A DNA stretch of 64,000 bases from an uncultured Patescibacteria group bacterium (GTDB lineage Bacteria; Patescibacteriota; JACMRA01): contig CALITC010000006.1 of assembly GCA_938041505.1 (NCBI GenBank), positions 7,389 through 71,388 of the forward strand. Direction: 5' to 3'. The position numbers and the translations under genes are program-made. Below, in pieces: positions 30,964 through 39,110 of the stretch (positions are counted from its first letter, which is position 1; every line of letters begins with the position of its first letter). The notes beneath the pieces are model-generated. The model saw nothing but the letters and a program-made list of their open reading frames with translations. It had not been told where the DNA came from and made no database searches.

Positions 30964-31295
30964 AAATTAATATTTTTTTATAATGTAAAAAATTTGAAAA
31001 GCTGCATAACTAAAATATACATGTATTTTTAGACAATGTATAGAACGTATACAGAATCCATATGTTAGCGATAAATCCTCCGTTTAAGGTACTACCTCAT
31101 CAGGAGTATAGTTATATCATCAAAACCTCTCCATTTATACCAGCAACTACACACATAATTTAATATGTGTCTAAAGCATTTCCTTGAATGGTACCACTAA
31201 CAAAGAAAAAGGTAGTTGATTGAACATAGGGTCGGTACTGTTGAAGATCTTTAGGATCTGAAACAATATATAGATTAGGATTCAATCTTGTGTGA

Positions 31296-31370
31296 TGGTG
31301 CCGAAGGACAGAATTGAACTGTCGACACGAGGCTCTTCAGGCCACTGCTCTACCACTGAGCTACTTCGGC
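31296..31370 (-). tRNA. tRNA-Phe(GAA)
   Basis: GCCGAAG...CTTCGGC-A-CCA; loop CT-GAA-GA. Confidence 0.93.
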
Positions 31371-31384
31371 GTATTATATACAAA

Positions 31385-31777
31385 TTACTTAGATAGAGAA
31401 CGTTTGTTCCTTGTTTTCGATGATTTGTTGATATAAGTAAAATATAATTTTGCAACTCCGTCAAGCAAATCTTTCTCCATTTCATAGTGATTCGCTGGAA
31501 TAAGATCTTTACTGTACACTTGTACTATCATATTAACATTGTGGGGAAGCTTACCTTCCGATTTCATATGTTCAAATACAGCGTGCACCCTACGTCGCAA
31601 TTTATTTCTAACTACAGACCTTTTAGATATTTTTTTTGATACTATAACTAGCAGCTTAAAATGTTCCTGTGAGGGAGTTATCTTAATGTAAAAATATTTT
31701 GTTTTGGACTGGTGTCTAGCACGTAGAGATTGAAGTATTTCCTTCGAGTGAACAATTCGATAGGCTTTAGGAAGCAC
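31385..31777 (-). CDS. rnpA: ribonuclease P protein component (probable GTG start at 31777)
   Basis: LPKAYR, VSKKISKRSVVRNKLRR; directly downstream of rpmH. Confidence 0.88.
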   Translation of the reverse strand: MLPKAYRIVHSKEILQSLRARHQSKTKYFYIKITPSQEHFKLLVIVSKKISKRSVVRNKLRRRVHAVFEHMKSEGKLPHNVNMIVQVYSKDLIPANHYEMEKDLLDGVAKLYFTYINKSSKTRNKRSLSK

Positions 31778-31802
31778 AAACCATGAGGTAAGATAGTAAG
31801 AC

Positions 31803-31934
31803 CTAAGCAACAGCTAGCTTTTGCCTCTTTTTGTTTCTACGATTTTTCAAAACATGAGGTGCTTTTCTCATACGCACTCTAAATCCACATTTTCGAGCTC
31901 TTTGTCGGGTTTTCGGTTGGTAAGTACGTTTCAT
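31803..31934 (-). CDS. rpmH: 50S ribosomal protein L34
   Basis: MKRTYQPK...R.RKCGFRVRM, 43 aa. Confidence 0.95.
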   Translation of the reverse strand: MKRTYQPKTRQRARKCGFRVRMRKAPHVLKNRRNKKRQKLAVA

Positions 31935-32101
31935 AGCCTTGATTAGATTGTTTATTGCCTGTATATTAACAAAATTAAACTTTCCTGTCAAGAGTCCTAC
32001 AAGGAATACCAGGCTATGAAGCTTATATATGAGAATCAAAAAACGAAGTATTATATTGAAAATTTGACCACTACATATAATTCAGCTATGTTAGTTAATA
32101 T

Positions 32102-32752
32102 ATGAGTAAAAAAGTTTATATTATTATACTAACAGCTATTATCATCCTTCTTGGTGTAAGCGGATTCGCCTGGAACATGCTCCAAGAAGACAAAATCGCA
32201 GACAGTAAAGCTGAGGTTGCTTCCCTTGAAGACCGGTCTCTGCCAACACCAAATAGTGATCTAGGAGAAAACAAAACCCTGCCTGAAGAACCTTCAGTAC
32301 AAGTCTCAACTCCAGAAGAAACAACCCCGGTTGTAAACAATGACAACCCTACCCCAATTGAAGCTGTAACTGAACCTGCACCAGAACCTCTCCCTGCACC
32401 AGAACCTGTAACAGAAGAACCAATAGCGAACGAACCTCAGGTGTTGGCTTCAAATAATTTTACAAGCGTAGGAAGTTATCAAACCAGTGGAACAACTACA
32501 GTTTTGAACACCAACGGACAGCTTAGTCTTAACTTTGGAAATGACTTTAGCTTTAGCGGTGCACCAGATCCAGTAATTTACATGTGCAAAGATAAAGCGC
32601 CAAACTCAGTAAACAACTGTATAATTATCAGCGCTCTTAACCAAAACTCAGGAGCTCAATCATTTGCTATTACTCAAGATGAATATGATCAGTATAGCAA
32701 CCCAATAATTTGGTGCAAAGCTTTCGGTCTACTAATGGGCCACACATTGTAA
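32102..32752 (+). CDS. DM13 domain protein with TM anchor and P/E-rich linker
   Basis: APDPVIY...IIWCKAFG; PEPAPEP linker. Confidence 0.8.
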   Translation: MSKKVYIIILTAIIILLGVSGFAWNMLQEDKIADSKAEVASLEDRSLPTPNSDLGENKTLPEEPSVQVSTPEETTPVVNNDNPTPIEAVTEPAPEPLPAPEPVTEEPIANEPQVLASNNFTSVGSYQTSGTTTVLNTNGQLSLNFGNDFSFSGAPDPVIYMCKDKAPNSVNNCIIISALNQNSGAQSFAITQDEYDQYSNPIIWCKAFGLLMGHTL

Positions 32753-32997
32753 AAAACTTTACAATAAAATCCAAACTAACCCTTATTCCATATAAGGGGT
32801 ATTTTTTACACAAAAACAAAGCACTTATTGGCAATTTGGCACCGTAACACTCGAGCAAGCAAGACAAAGCACTAAGGGAAAAAGGGCTTGTTACCCTGAT
32901 AGAGAAAACAGAAACAAGCACAAGTTGAACAAGGGGGCTCTTGACATCATACCTTAGGTTGCTTTTAATAGGAAGTATAATTACTAGGATATTTGGT

Positions 32998-33543
32998 ATG
33001 AGAAACATTAAACCCACTCGCTTATTTATAACCTCTTTTTACGTTTCCTCTCTGGTTTCGTTCTATATATTTCAACTGATACCAGACTTACTTTTTACCT
33101 GGACTCAGTGGATACTCAGCGTGTTTGCAACTAACATTCAGTTTGAAGCAATTGGTGAAACAACCGTATGGTGGGCACTTCTTTGTGTCTGCATGGCAAT
33201 CACATTCATGATACGCAAGTTCATCATCCAACCGTTAGGATTCTATGTCAACGGCAATGCAAGTTCTGACGGCGAGCTTGTTATCCTATCTATTCTTTGT
33301 CTTGGATTCTATTTATACTCTTTCAACACCCTGTTTCCTGAGTATACGATGCCAGCAACCTTCAACTTAATCAATATCTTACTGGGAGATTCTAGAAACT
33401 TCCTCACTGTCGAAGAACGCGACATCTGGACTATAGTGCCTTGGATTTGGTATATCGGGCCAATCGCTTATATGTTCTCCATGTATCTACGATCAGAAAT
33501 GCACTTCGCTAAAAGTGCTAGAGATGGTAAAGATGATAAATAA
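32998..33543 (+). CDS. hypothetical membrane protein
   Basis: About four TM segments. Confidence 0.7.
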   Translation: MRNIKPTRLFITSFYVSSLVSFYIFQLIPDLLFTWTQWILSVFATNIQFEAIGETTVWWALLCVCMAITFMIRKFIIQPLGFYVNGNASSDGELVILSILCLGFYLYSFNTLFPEYTMPATFNLINILLGDSRNFLTVEERDIWTIVPWIWYIGPIAYMFSMYLRSEMHFAKSARDGKDDK

Positions 33544-33603
33544 ATTCCCTGTAAATCATTAAAATTACTTGCAGATAATTGATAAGTGTGATATAATTAT
33601 CAT

Positions 33604-34590
33604 ATGAAACAGAGTGTACCCGAGCGTAAACACAGAGTATCAACCAAGCCAAAACAACCTCGTCACAGTATAGGTTCAGAATTTAGTCATTTTTTTAAGG
33701 GATTATGGCGATTAAGATACCGAATATATGCTATAATAGTACTGATAGCCTTGGTTCCTGTACTCTATGCCGGATCACTTAACATCCCTCAAGAAGCAAA
33801 ACTAGCTTTTGGCTTTACTACTCTACACAGCAATGCGATTTTTTCTACTGTAGAACGATCCAATAGCTCTCCTTTTACATTTGGAGATAATGTTGTAGCA
33901 ATAAGTGAAAAATTCAACTATTTTCAAAATGGAGAAAATATTCAAGATGAAAACATTGAATATCTATTTGGACAACTCAATCTCTCTGCTAATGAACAGA
34001 TAAGGCTTTCCAAAGCAGCCCCCTTAGATCAACTAATAAGCTGCCCTAAAAATCCTCAATTGGTTAACACTCTTCGTTACCCTCAGTACAACATCACAAC
34101 CCCAGTTATTTACTCTGAATTAACAGATCTTTTTCAATCTAATGACGATGGAAGTATCAACTACCAAGCCCCTATCGAGGAAGACTTAGATCAAGGCCCT
34201 CTCTCGAATCCAATTCAGCGTTTGTTAGTGGATGGTATTGTGCACATCGCCTTCACCGCCCAACCAGGAGAAATAGGAAATTCTTACATCGTAGGACATT
34301 CCTCCAACTTCTCCTCTGTTCAATCAGATTACAACTTCATATTTAAACCAATCGAGCGAGTAAGCCAACCAGGAGAAGAATTCTTCGTTTGGGACAAGTG
34401 TGGAAGAGAACTTAAGTTCAGTGTATTCGAAACCAAGTCTATTCTAGAAGATGATGTGCAAGAAGCATACAAGATCTTCCCAGATAAGCGTGTTGTGACC
34501 CTGCAAACCTCTATCTTAGAGTGGGTTCCAGGCATTGGCTTCTACCCAACCAAAAGATGGCTTACTCGAGGTGAGCTAGTGCTAGATTAA
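33604..34590 (+). CDS. sortase-like protein with Ser in place of the catalytic Cys
   Basis: PGE.GNSYIVGHSS, VVTLQTS (TLxTC position), KR; N-terminal TM. Confidence 0.8.
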   Translation: MKQSVPERKHRVSTKPKQPRHSIGSEFSHFFKGLWRLRYRIYAIIVLIALVPVLYAGSLNIPQEAKLAFGFTTLHSNAIFSTVERSNSSPFTFGDNVVAISEKFNYFQNGENIQDENIEYLFGQLNLSANEQIRLSKAAPLDQLISCPKNPQLVNTLRYPQYNITTPVIYSELTDLFQSNDDGSINYQAPIEEDLDQGPLSNPIQRLLVDGIVHIAFTAQPGEIGNSYIVGHSSNFSSVQSDYNFIFKPIERVSQPGEEFFVWDKCGRELKFSVFETKSILEDDVQEAYKIFPDKRVVTLQTSILEWVPGIGFYPTKRWLTRGELVLD

Positions 34591-34638
34591 AATATCGATA
34601 ATATTGACATTATCGCCTGAATCAGCGAGCATGCTTGC

Positions 34639-35118
34639 ATGTTATCTGATGAATTAGTTCAAATTATCAAATTTGGAATGGTGGGAGTGTGGAATACAGT
34701 ATTTTCGTTAAGTCTTTTCTGGATATTTTATAAAATCTTCAAAAAATCATTTAAAACCAACATATTACCATTGATACCCATCAAGATTGAGGCGATTTCG
34801 CAAGCGTTATCATTCATAATTGCAAACATAGTTTCGTATTGGCTTAACTCAAGGTTTACTTTTGGCAATACCAGCGACAGTGGAAGCAGTTTCGCCCTGT
34901 ATGTGCTTATTTCGCTAATTTCCATGGTTATTTCGAGCGGCATCATGCAACTCTTCTCAACTAAACACAACTTCAAGAAGTTCTCTACTCTTGCGATCAA
35001 AAAACTACCTTCGTACACACCCAAGTACGATCATTTTGTCTTCTTAGTCAATATTTGCAGTATTGTAGCGGTGATGATCATCAACTACCTAGGCTATAAA
35101 TACCTAGTTTTCAACTAA
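34639..35118 (+). CDS. GtrA family membrane protein
   Basis: QIIKFG.VGV.NT, SY.LN..FTF, NYLGYKY.VF. Confidence 0.88.
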   Translation: MLSDELVQIIKFGMVGVWNTVFSLSLFWIFYKIFKKSFKTNILPLIPIKIEAISQALSFIIANIVSYWLNSRFTFGNTSDSGSSFALYVLISLISMVISSGIMQLFSTKHNFKKFSTLAIKKLPSYTPKYDHFVFLVNICSIVAVMIINYLGYKYLVFN

Positions 35119-35164
35119 AAAAAACTATCGATAGATAGGTGAGTAATTATAATATTACAAACTA

Positions 35165-36556
35165 TTAAAACTCTTCGATATCTCCATTCCAACCGCCGGT
35201 GTACAAACCCTCAACATCTACACGCGCATAACCATGAGCACCAAAGTGATCACGCTGTGCCTGGATAAGATTTGTTGGTAAGTGCTCAGAAAACATTGAT
35301 TGAAGATAGTTGTAAGTAGAGTGAATAACAGGTTTTGGCGTAATACCTTTGTACATAATCAAGCGTAGATTGTCCATATCTGCATGAATCTCCTTAAATA
35401 GTTTTTCTTTCCAGTTCTTATCTTCTTCCCAGAACAAATTCAACATACCAAGCATTTGAGATCGAATAATGCACCCGCCTTCCCAGATCCTTATCACTTC
35501 TTTCATATCGACACCCCAGTTCTCTTCTTGATTAGCTTGGTAGATCAGATCCAACCCTTGCAAATAGGAAGTAAGGAACATCAGCTCCATGGTACGATAC
35601 AGAGGAGTTTTGAGATTCTCGTGGGGTTTCTTAGGAACCTGCTGCTCATCCATAATATCTAAACCTTTTAGAAAAGACATATTCCGAGACGACTGTGTAC
35701 GCGCGATCACTGCAGCTGCGATGTTAGGCACTGCAACTCCGTATTTGAGAGCTGCTTCTACAGTCCACCCTCCTGTACCTTTTGCTTTGGCAACATCTTT
35801 GATTCTATCGACCAAATACCCAGTACCTTTGGTATCCTTTTTACCTAGAATATCTAGAGTAATATCCATTAAGAAACTCTGTGTATTCCCATAGTTAAGA
35901 CCACGAAAAACTTCTTGGATCTCTAAAGCACTGTGACCAAACGAGCGAAGCATATCATAAATCTCTCCAAGACCTTGCATCATAGCGTACTCAATACCGT
36001 TATGCACCATCTTCACAAAGTGACCGCTTGGCCCAGATCCAACGGGAGTTACGCAAGGGTGTCCTTGAAAATCTTTAGCTGCCACCTTTTCCAAATACGG
36101 CATAATCTTCTGAAGCGTTTCTGAATCCCCGCCTGGCATAATACTAGGTCCATGGAGAGCTCCATCGGCGCCCCCACTAATTCCACACCCTACAAAGCCT
36201 ACTTTACCAGCCAGCTCCTCTTGCCGGCGAACAGTATCATGCCAATTAGAGTTACCGCAATCAATTATCACGTCTTCCTCGCTAAGCATCGGTAAAAGTT
36301 CTTTAATTACTGCATCTACGGGATATCCACTCTTTACGAGTAGCATGATTTTCTTAGGAGACTCTAGACTTTCCACAAACTCTGCTGTAGTCTTGTATCC
36401 ATGAACTCGATCCGCACCTTTATCCAAGACATGTTGCGTCTTTTCCCAACTGCGATTATAGATTGCTGTATCATACCCTTTTGATGCAAAATTGAGAGCA
36501 AAATTACCTCCCATTGTACTCATCCCAATTATGCCGACGTGATTAGTTGATGTCAT
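35165..36556 (-). CDS. gnd: NADP-dependent 6-phosphogluconate dehydrogenase
   Basis: YNRS, IDCGNS, GISGG..GA..GPSIMPGG, VKMVHNGIEY, LIQAQRD.FGAH. Confidence 0.96.
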   Translation of the reverse strand: MTSTNHVGIIGMSTMGGNFALNFASKGYDTAIYNRSWEKTQHVLDKGADRVHGYKTTAEFVESLESPKKIMLLVKSGYPVDAVIKELLPMLSEEDVIIDCGNSNWHDTVRRQEELAGKVGFVGCGISGGADGALHGPSIMPGGDSETLQKIMPYLEKVAAKDFQGHPCVTPVGSGPSGHFVKMVHNGIEYAMMQGLGEIYDMLRSFGHSALEIQEVFRGLNYGNTQSFLMDITLDILGKKDTKGTGYLVDRIKDVAKAKGTGGWTVEAALKYGVAVPNIAAAVIARTQSSRNMSFLKGLDIMDEQQVPKKPHENLKTPLYRTMELMFLTSYLQGLDLIYQANQEENWGVDMKEVIRIWEGGCIIRSQMLGMLNLFWEEDKNWKEKLFKEIHADMDNLRLIMYKGITPKPVIHSTYNYLQSMFSEHLPTNLIQAQRDHFGAHGYARVDVEGLYTGGWNGDIEEF

Positions 36557-36622
36557 ATATATGTTACCTAAGCTAGTAGCTAATCTTTGTCAACGAATCC
36601 AAAGCAAATTTATAGAGTATGA

Positions 36623-36660
36623 CAAAAAAAATAAGAGCTTTCATTGAAAAAACTCTCTTA
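36623..36660 (-). terminator. terminator of tRNA-like unit 1
   Basis: Minus strand AGAGTTTT-loop-AAAGCTCT followed by a T8 run. Confidence 0.6.
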
Positions 36661-36668
36661 CTATTATA

Positions 36669-36740
36669 TGCCACGGCCTGGATTTGAACCAGGGACCTTT
36701 AGATTTTCAATCTAACACTCTACCACTGAGCTACCGGGGC
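36669..36740 (-). tRNA. second tRNA-Phe(GAA), no encoded CCA, one acceptor-stem mismatch
   Basis: GCCCCGG...CCGTGGC-A; anticodon arm TTAGA-TTGAAAA-TCTAA. Confidence 0.75.
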
Positions 36741-36759
36741 GGGCTTAATGTTAAGCCAA

Positions 36760-36870
36760 CGTGGATGAAAGGAGTTGAACCTTTGACACCTGGGGGCAAT
36801 ACTAAAGAGGTAAGTATTAAGGTTTTCCTCCTTGTAAGTCCCAGTGCTCTACCAACTGAGCTACATCCAC
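36760..36870 (-). tRNA. tRNA-like RNA with a 45-nt structured insert replacing the anticodon loop
   Basis: Perfect acceptor (GTGGATG/CATCCAC), D, T and anticodon (CTGGG/CCCAG) stems; 45-nt loop; no CCA. Confidence 0.75.
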
Positions 36871-36875
36871 AGGGC

Positions 36876-36954
36876 GAGAGTCAACGTGTACATAAATAAA
36901 TTTAATTTGATCGGAATGTAACAAAATCAAGTTATTTTCATAATGTTGACTCTC
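36876..36954 (-). ncRNA. long hairpin RNA in tRNA-like unit 1
   Basis: GAGAGTCAAC/GTTGACTCTC 10-bp closing stem with inner TTGAT/ATCAA stem. Confidence 0.5.
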
Positions 36955-36984
36955 ATATTATAAAAAAATTTTATAACGTTTCTC

Positions 36985-37013
36985 AAGCTAAAATAATTTT
37001 TGAAAACTGTCAA
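36985..37013 (-). promoter_or_regulatory. sigma70-type promoter of tRNA-like unit 1
   Basis: TTGACA-17-TAGCTT on the minus strand. Confidence 0.6.
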
Positions 37014-37016
37014 GAT

Positions 37017-37105
37017 TCAACTTACAATACTGAACTCAATTACATCTCCATCTTGCATCATATAGTCTTTTTCCTCCATATTCTCTGACCATTTCCTTTC
37101 TCCAA
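37017..37105 (-). pseudogene. diverged duplicate of the ychF 3' end
   Basis: Translates LEKG..NMEEKDYMMQDGDVIEFSIVS*, versus the ychF end MEKGKMNMEGKDYLMQDGDVVEFKIAG*. Confidence 0.85.
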
Positions 37106-37128
37106 GAAAGAGAAGATGTTTATTAAAC

Positions 37129-37160
37129 AAAAAAAACCCCATCTAAATATTTTGACGGAG
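37129..37160 (-). terminator. terminator of tRNA-like unit 2
   Basis: Minus strand CTCCGTC-loop-GATGGGG followed by a T8 run. Confidence 0.6.
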
Positions 37161-37174
37161 TAGGAGAAAAATTA

Positions 37175-37254
37175 GTGCGAGAAATAGTGGATAAAGTTTG
37201 CATTTTAAGGTAATTGAATGCAAACCAATTAACATTCCAATAGATTTATCGCAC
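37175..37254 (-). ncRNA. long bulged hairpin RNA in tRNA-like unit 2
   Basis: GTGCGA/TCGCAC closing stem, TGGA/TCCA, inner GTTTGCATT/AATGCAAAC. Confidence 0.5.
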
Positions 37255-37279
37255 AGGCTCACAGTGATGATAGAGCCAA

Positions 37280-37354
37280 AGCACCTGGATGGACTTGAAC
37301 CATCGTCACGTTGATTAAATAAGTCAACGACTCTACCAACTGAGTTACAGGTGC
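37280..37354 (-). tRNA. tRNA-Lys-like RNA with a 9-nt anticodon loop
   Basis: GCACCTG/CAGGTGC acceptor; arm GTTGA-CTTATTTAA-TCAAC; T arm GATGG-TTCAAGT-CCATC; no CCA. Confidence 0.75.
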
Positions 37355-37356
37355 AA

Positions 37357-37482
37357 ACAAGCTGATTTGAAGAGTTGCATGCATCAGCTTGTAAACATAA
37401 ATAATTCTGAAGATATCTCACAATTCCTGCCGAATGCTCTTATCGATAAAGAGGAATTGGAGTTGGAAAGATTTATGTGTTT
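37357..37482 (-). ncRNA. two stacked hairpins at the 5' end of tRNA-like unit 2
   Basis: ACAAGCTGAT/ATCAGCTTGT (37357-37392); ACATAAAT/ATTTATGT enclosing CAATTCCT/AGGAATTG (37393-37482); TTGACA at 37508-37513 upstream. Confidence 0.45.
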
Positions 37483-37569
37483 CTAATAAAACAAAACATG
37501 TTCATTTTGTCAACACAAAGGAGTATTGATTGTGGTTACGACCTCTCTACCGCCTAACCCTACAAGTAG

Positions 37570-38625
37570 CTACCCAGCTATCTTAAACTCTACCACGTCC
37601 CCGTCTTGCATTAGGTAGTCTTTGCCCTCCATATTCATCTTACCTTTTTCCATAGCTTGCTTGCGACCACCGAGTTCTACAAAATCAGCATATTTGATAA
37701 CCTCAGCTTTCACAAAATTCTTTTCAAAGTCAGTATGGATCACCCCGGCACACTGCGGAGCACTCATCCCCTGCTTGAATGTCCACGCTCTTGCTTCAAC
37801 TTCTCCAGCAGTTAGGTAAGTGGCTAAATTAAGGGTAGAGTAACACTCTTGTATCATCTTATCCAAACCAGTCTCCGCAGGCACTCCAAGCTCTACCCGC
37901 TCCTCTGAAGACATGTCTTGCAATTCTGACTCCAACTTCACATCCATTGCAAAATCACTTGTAAAATCAATATTTTCTCCATCAGTAATAATGTTAGCTA
38001 GCTTCAGGATCGGCTTATCTGTGAGTAAGTTAAGACTCTTACGGAAAATCTTAAGTTCTTTGTCAGCCTCCTCATCTCGGGGCACGGTATTGGCTGGATT
38101 ACTGCTCTGCAGCTGCTGCAATATTTCTTGAGCAAGTACTATCTTCTGATCTGCCAGCTTGTCTTTGCCGCCCTTAAGCTCCTTCTCAAGACGCGGCAAA
38201 GCTTTCTCAAGAGTAGCTTGATCTGCCAAAGTTAATTCCAAAATCAGAATATCAAAATCTTCTTGCGGATCTACCCGATTCTCGACGTGCACAACATCAT
38301 CATTCTTAAAGGCCCGAATCACCATCATAATCATATCCACTTCACGAATATGTGACAGGAATTTATTCCCTAGGCCAGCTCCAGAGTGTGCATCTTTGAC
38401 CAGCCCCGCAATATCACGAAATTCAATCGCCGCATGTACCAGCTTCTGCGCATTGACTAGTTTACCCAAAGTATCCACCCGCTGATCAGGTACAGAAACA
38501 ATCCCATCACTTGGCTCAATAGTGCAAAACGGGAAATTCTCCGCTGGCACAGAGCGCTTGGTTAGTAAATTAAAAAGTGTAGATTTTCCTGCATTAGGCA
38601 GGCCAACAAGTCCAACTGAAAGCAT
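37570..38625 (-). CDS. ychF: redox-regulated ATPase YchF
   Basis: GLPNAGKSTLFN, FPFCTIEP, DIAGLV, GLGNKFL, EGKDY.MQDGDV. Confidence 0.97.
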   Translation of the reverse strand: MLSVGLVGLPNAGKSTLFNLLTKRSVPAENFPFCTIEPSDGIVSVPDQRVDTLGKLVNAQKLVHAAIEFRDIAGLVKDAHSGAGLGNKFLSHIREVDMIMMVIRAFKNDDVVHVENRVDPQEDFDILILELTLADQATLEKALPRLEKELKGGKDKLADQKIVLAQEILQQLQSSNPANTVPRDEEADKELKIFRKSLNLLTDKPILKLANIITDGENIDFTSDFAMDVKLESELQDMSSEERVELGVPAETGLDKMIQECYSTLNLATYLTAGEVEARAWTFKQGMSAPQCAGVIHTDFEKNFVKAEVIKYADFVELGGRKQAMEKGKMNMEGKDYLMQDGDVVEFKIAG

Positions 38626-38758
38626 ATAAATATAGGTTGTTAATATGGCATAAGCTAAGGGTATAATTTGGTTTTAGTCAAAGCAAAATCAAGAATTACT
38701 TGCAATCAATATTTTTGTGTGCTAACTAATATATGAACTCACACACAGGTTTACAGCG

Positions 38759-38980
38759 ATGTTACCAACTGTAGAAATTACATGCGATGACCCAAATATA
38801 AATATCAGTGGATTAACCAAAAGCAAAGATATAAGAATAATTTACTATTATATATCCAAAGGCTGTAAGGTATATATTAATATATTTGGAAGATACGCTG
38901 GACACATCTCACAATACGAAGCACCGCACACTCCAGAATATCTAAAAGAAAGATATTTACAACTAGTTTACGCAAAATAA
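38759..38980 (+). CDS. small hypothetical protein
   Basis: 73-aa ORF; no motif. Confidence 0.35.
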   Translation: MLPTVEITCDDPNINISGLTKSKDIRIIYYYISKGCKVYINIFGRYAGHISQYEAPHTPEYLKERYLQLVYAK

Positions 38981-39110
38981 ATTTTGCAAATATTGGAGAT
39001 TCTAACTGCAGCGACTATACTATGTAGGCGCTCTTTTTTATCAATTCCATAAGGAGTATTGACAAAAATATCAAAACGAGGTCTTATTCAATGTGAAATT
39101 ACCTAAAAAT

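Noticed and set aside
31076-31112. Hammerhead ribozyme (CTGATGAG on the minus strand)
   Set aside because: The required GAAA after stem II reads TAAA, and no convincing stems I/III with an NUH site were found
36684-37421. ORFs 36684-36899 and 37143-37421
   Set aside because: Spurious translations across tRNA-like genes and hairpins
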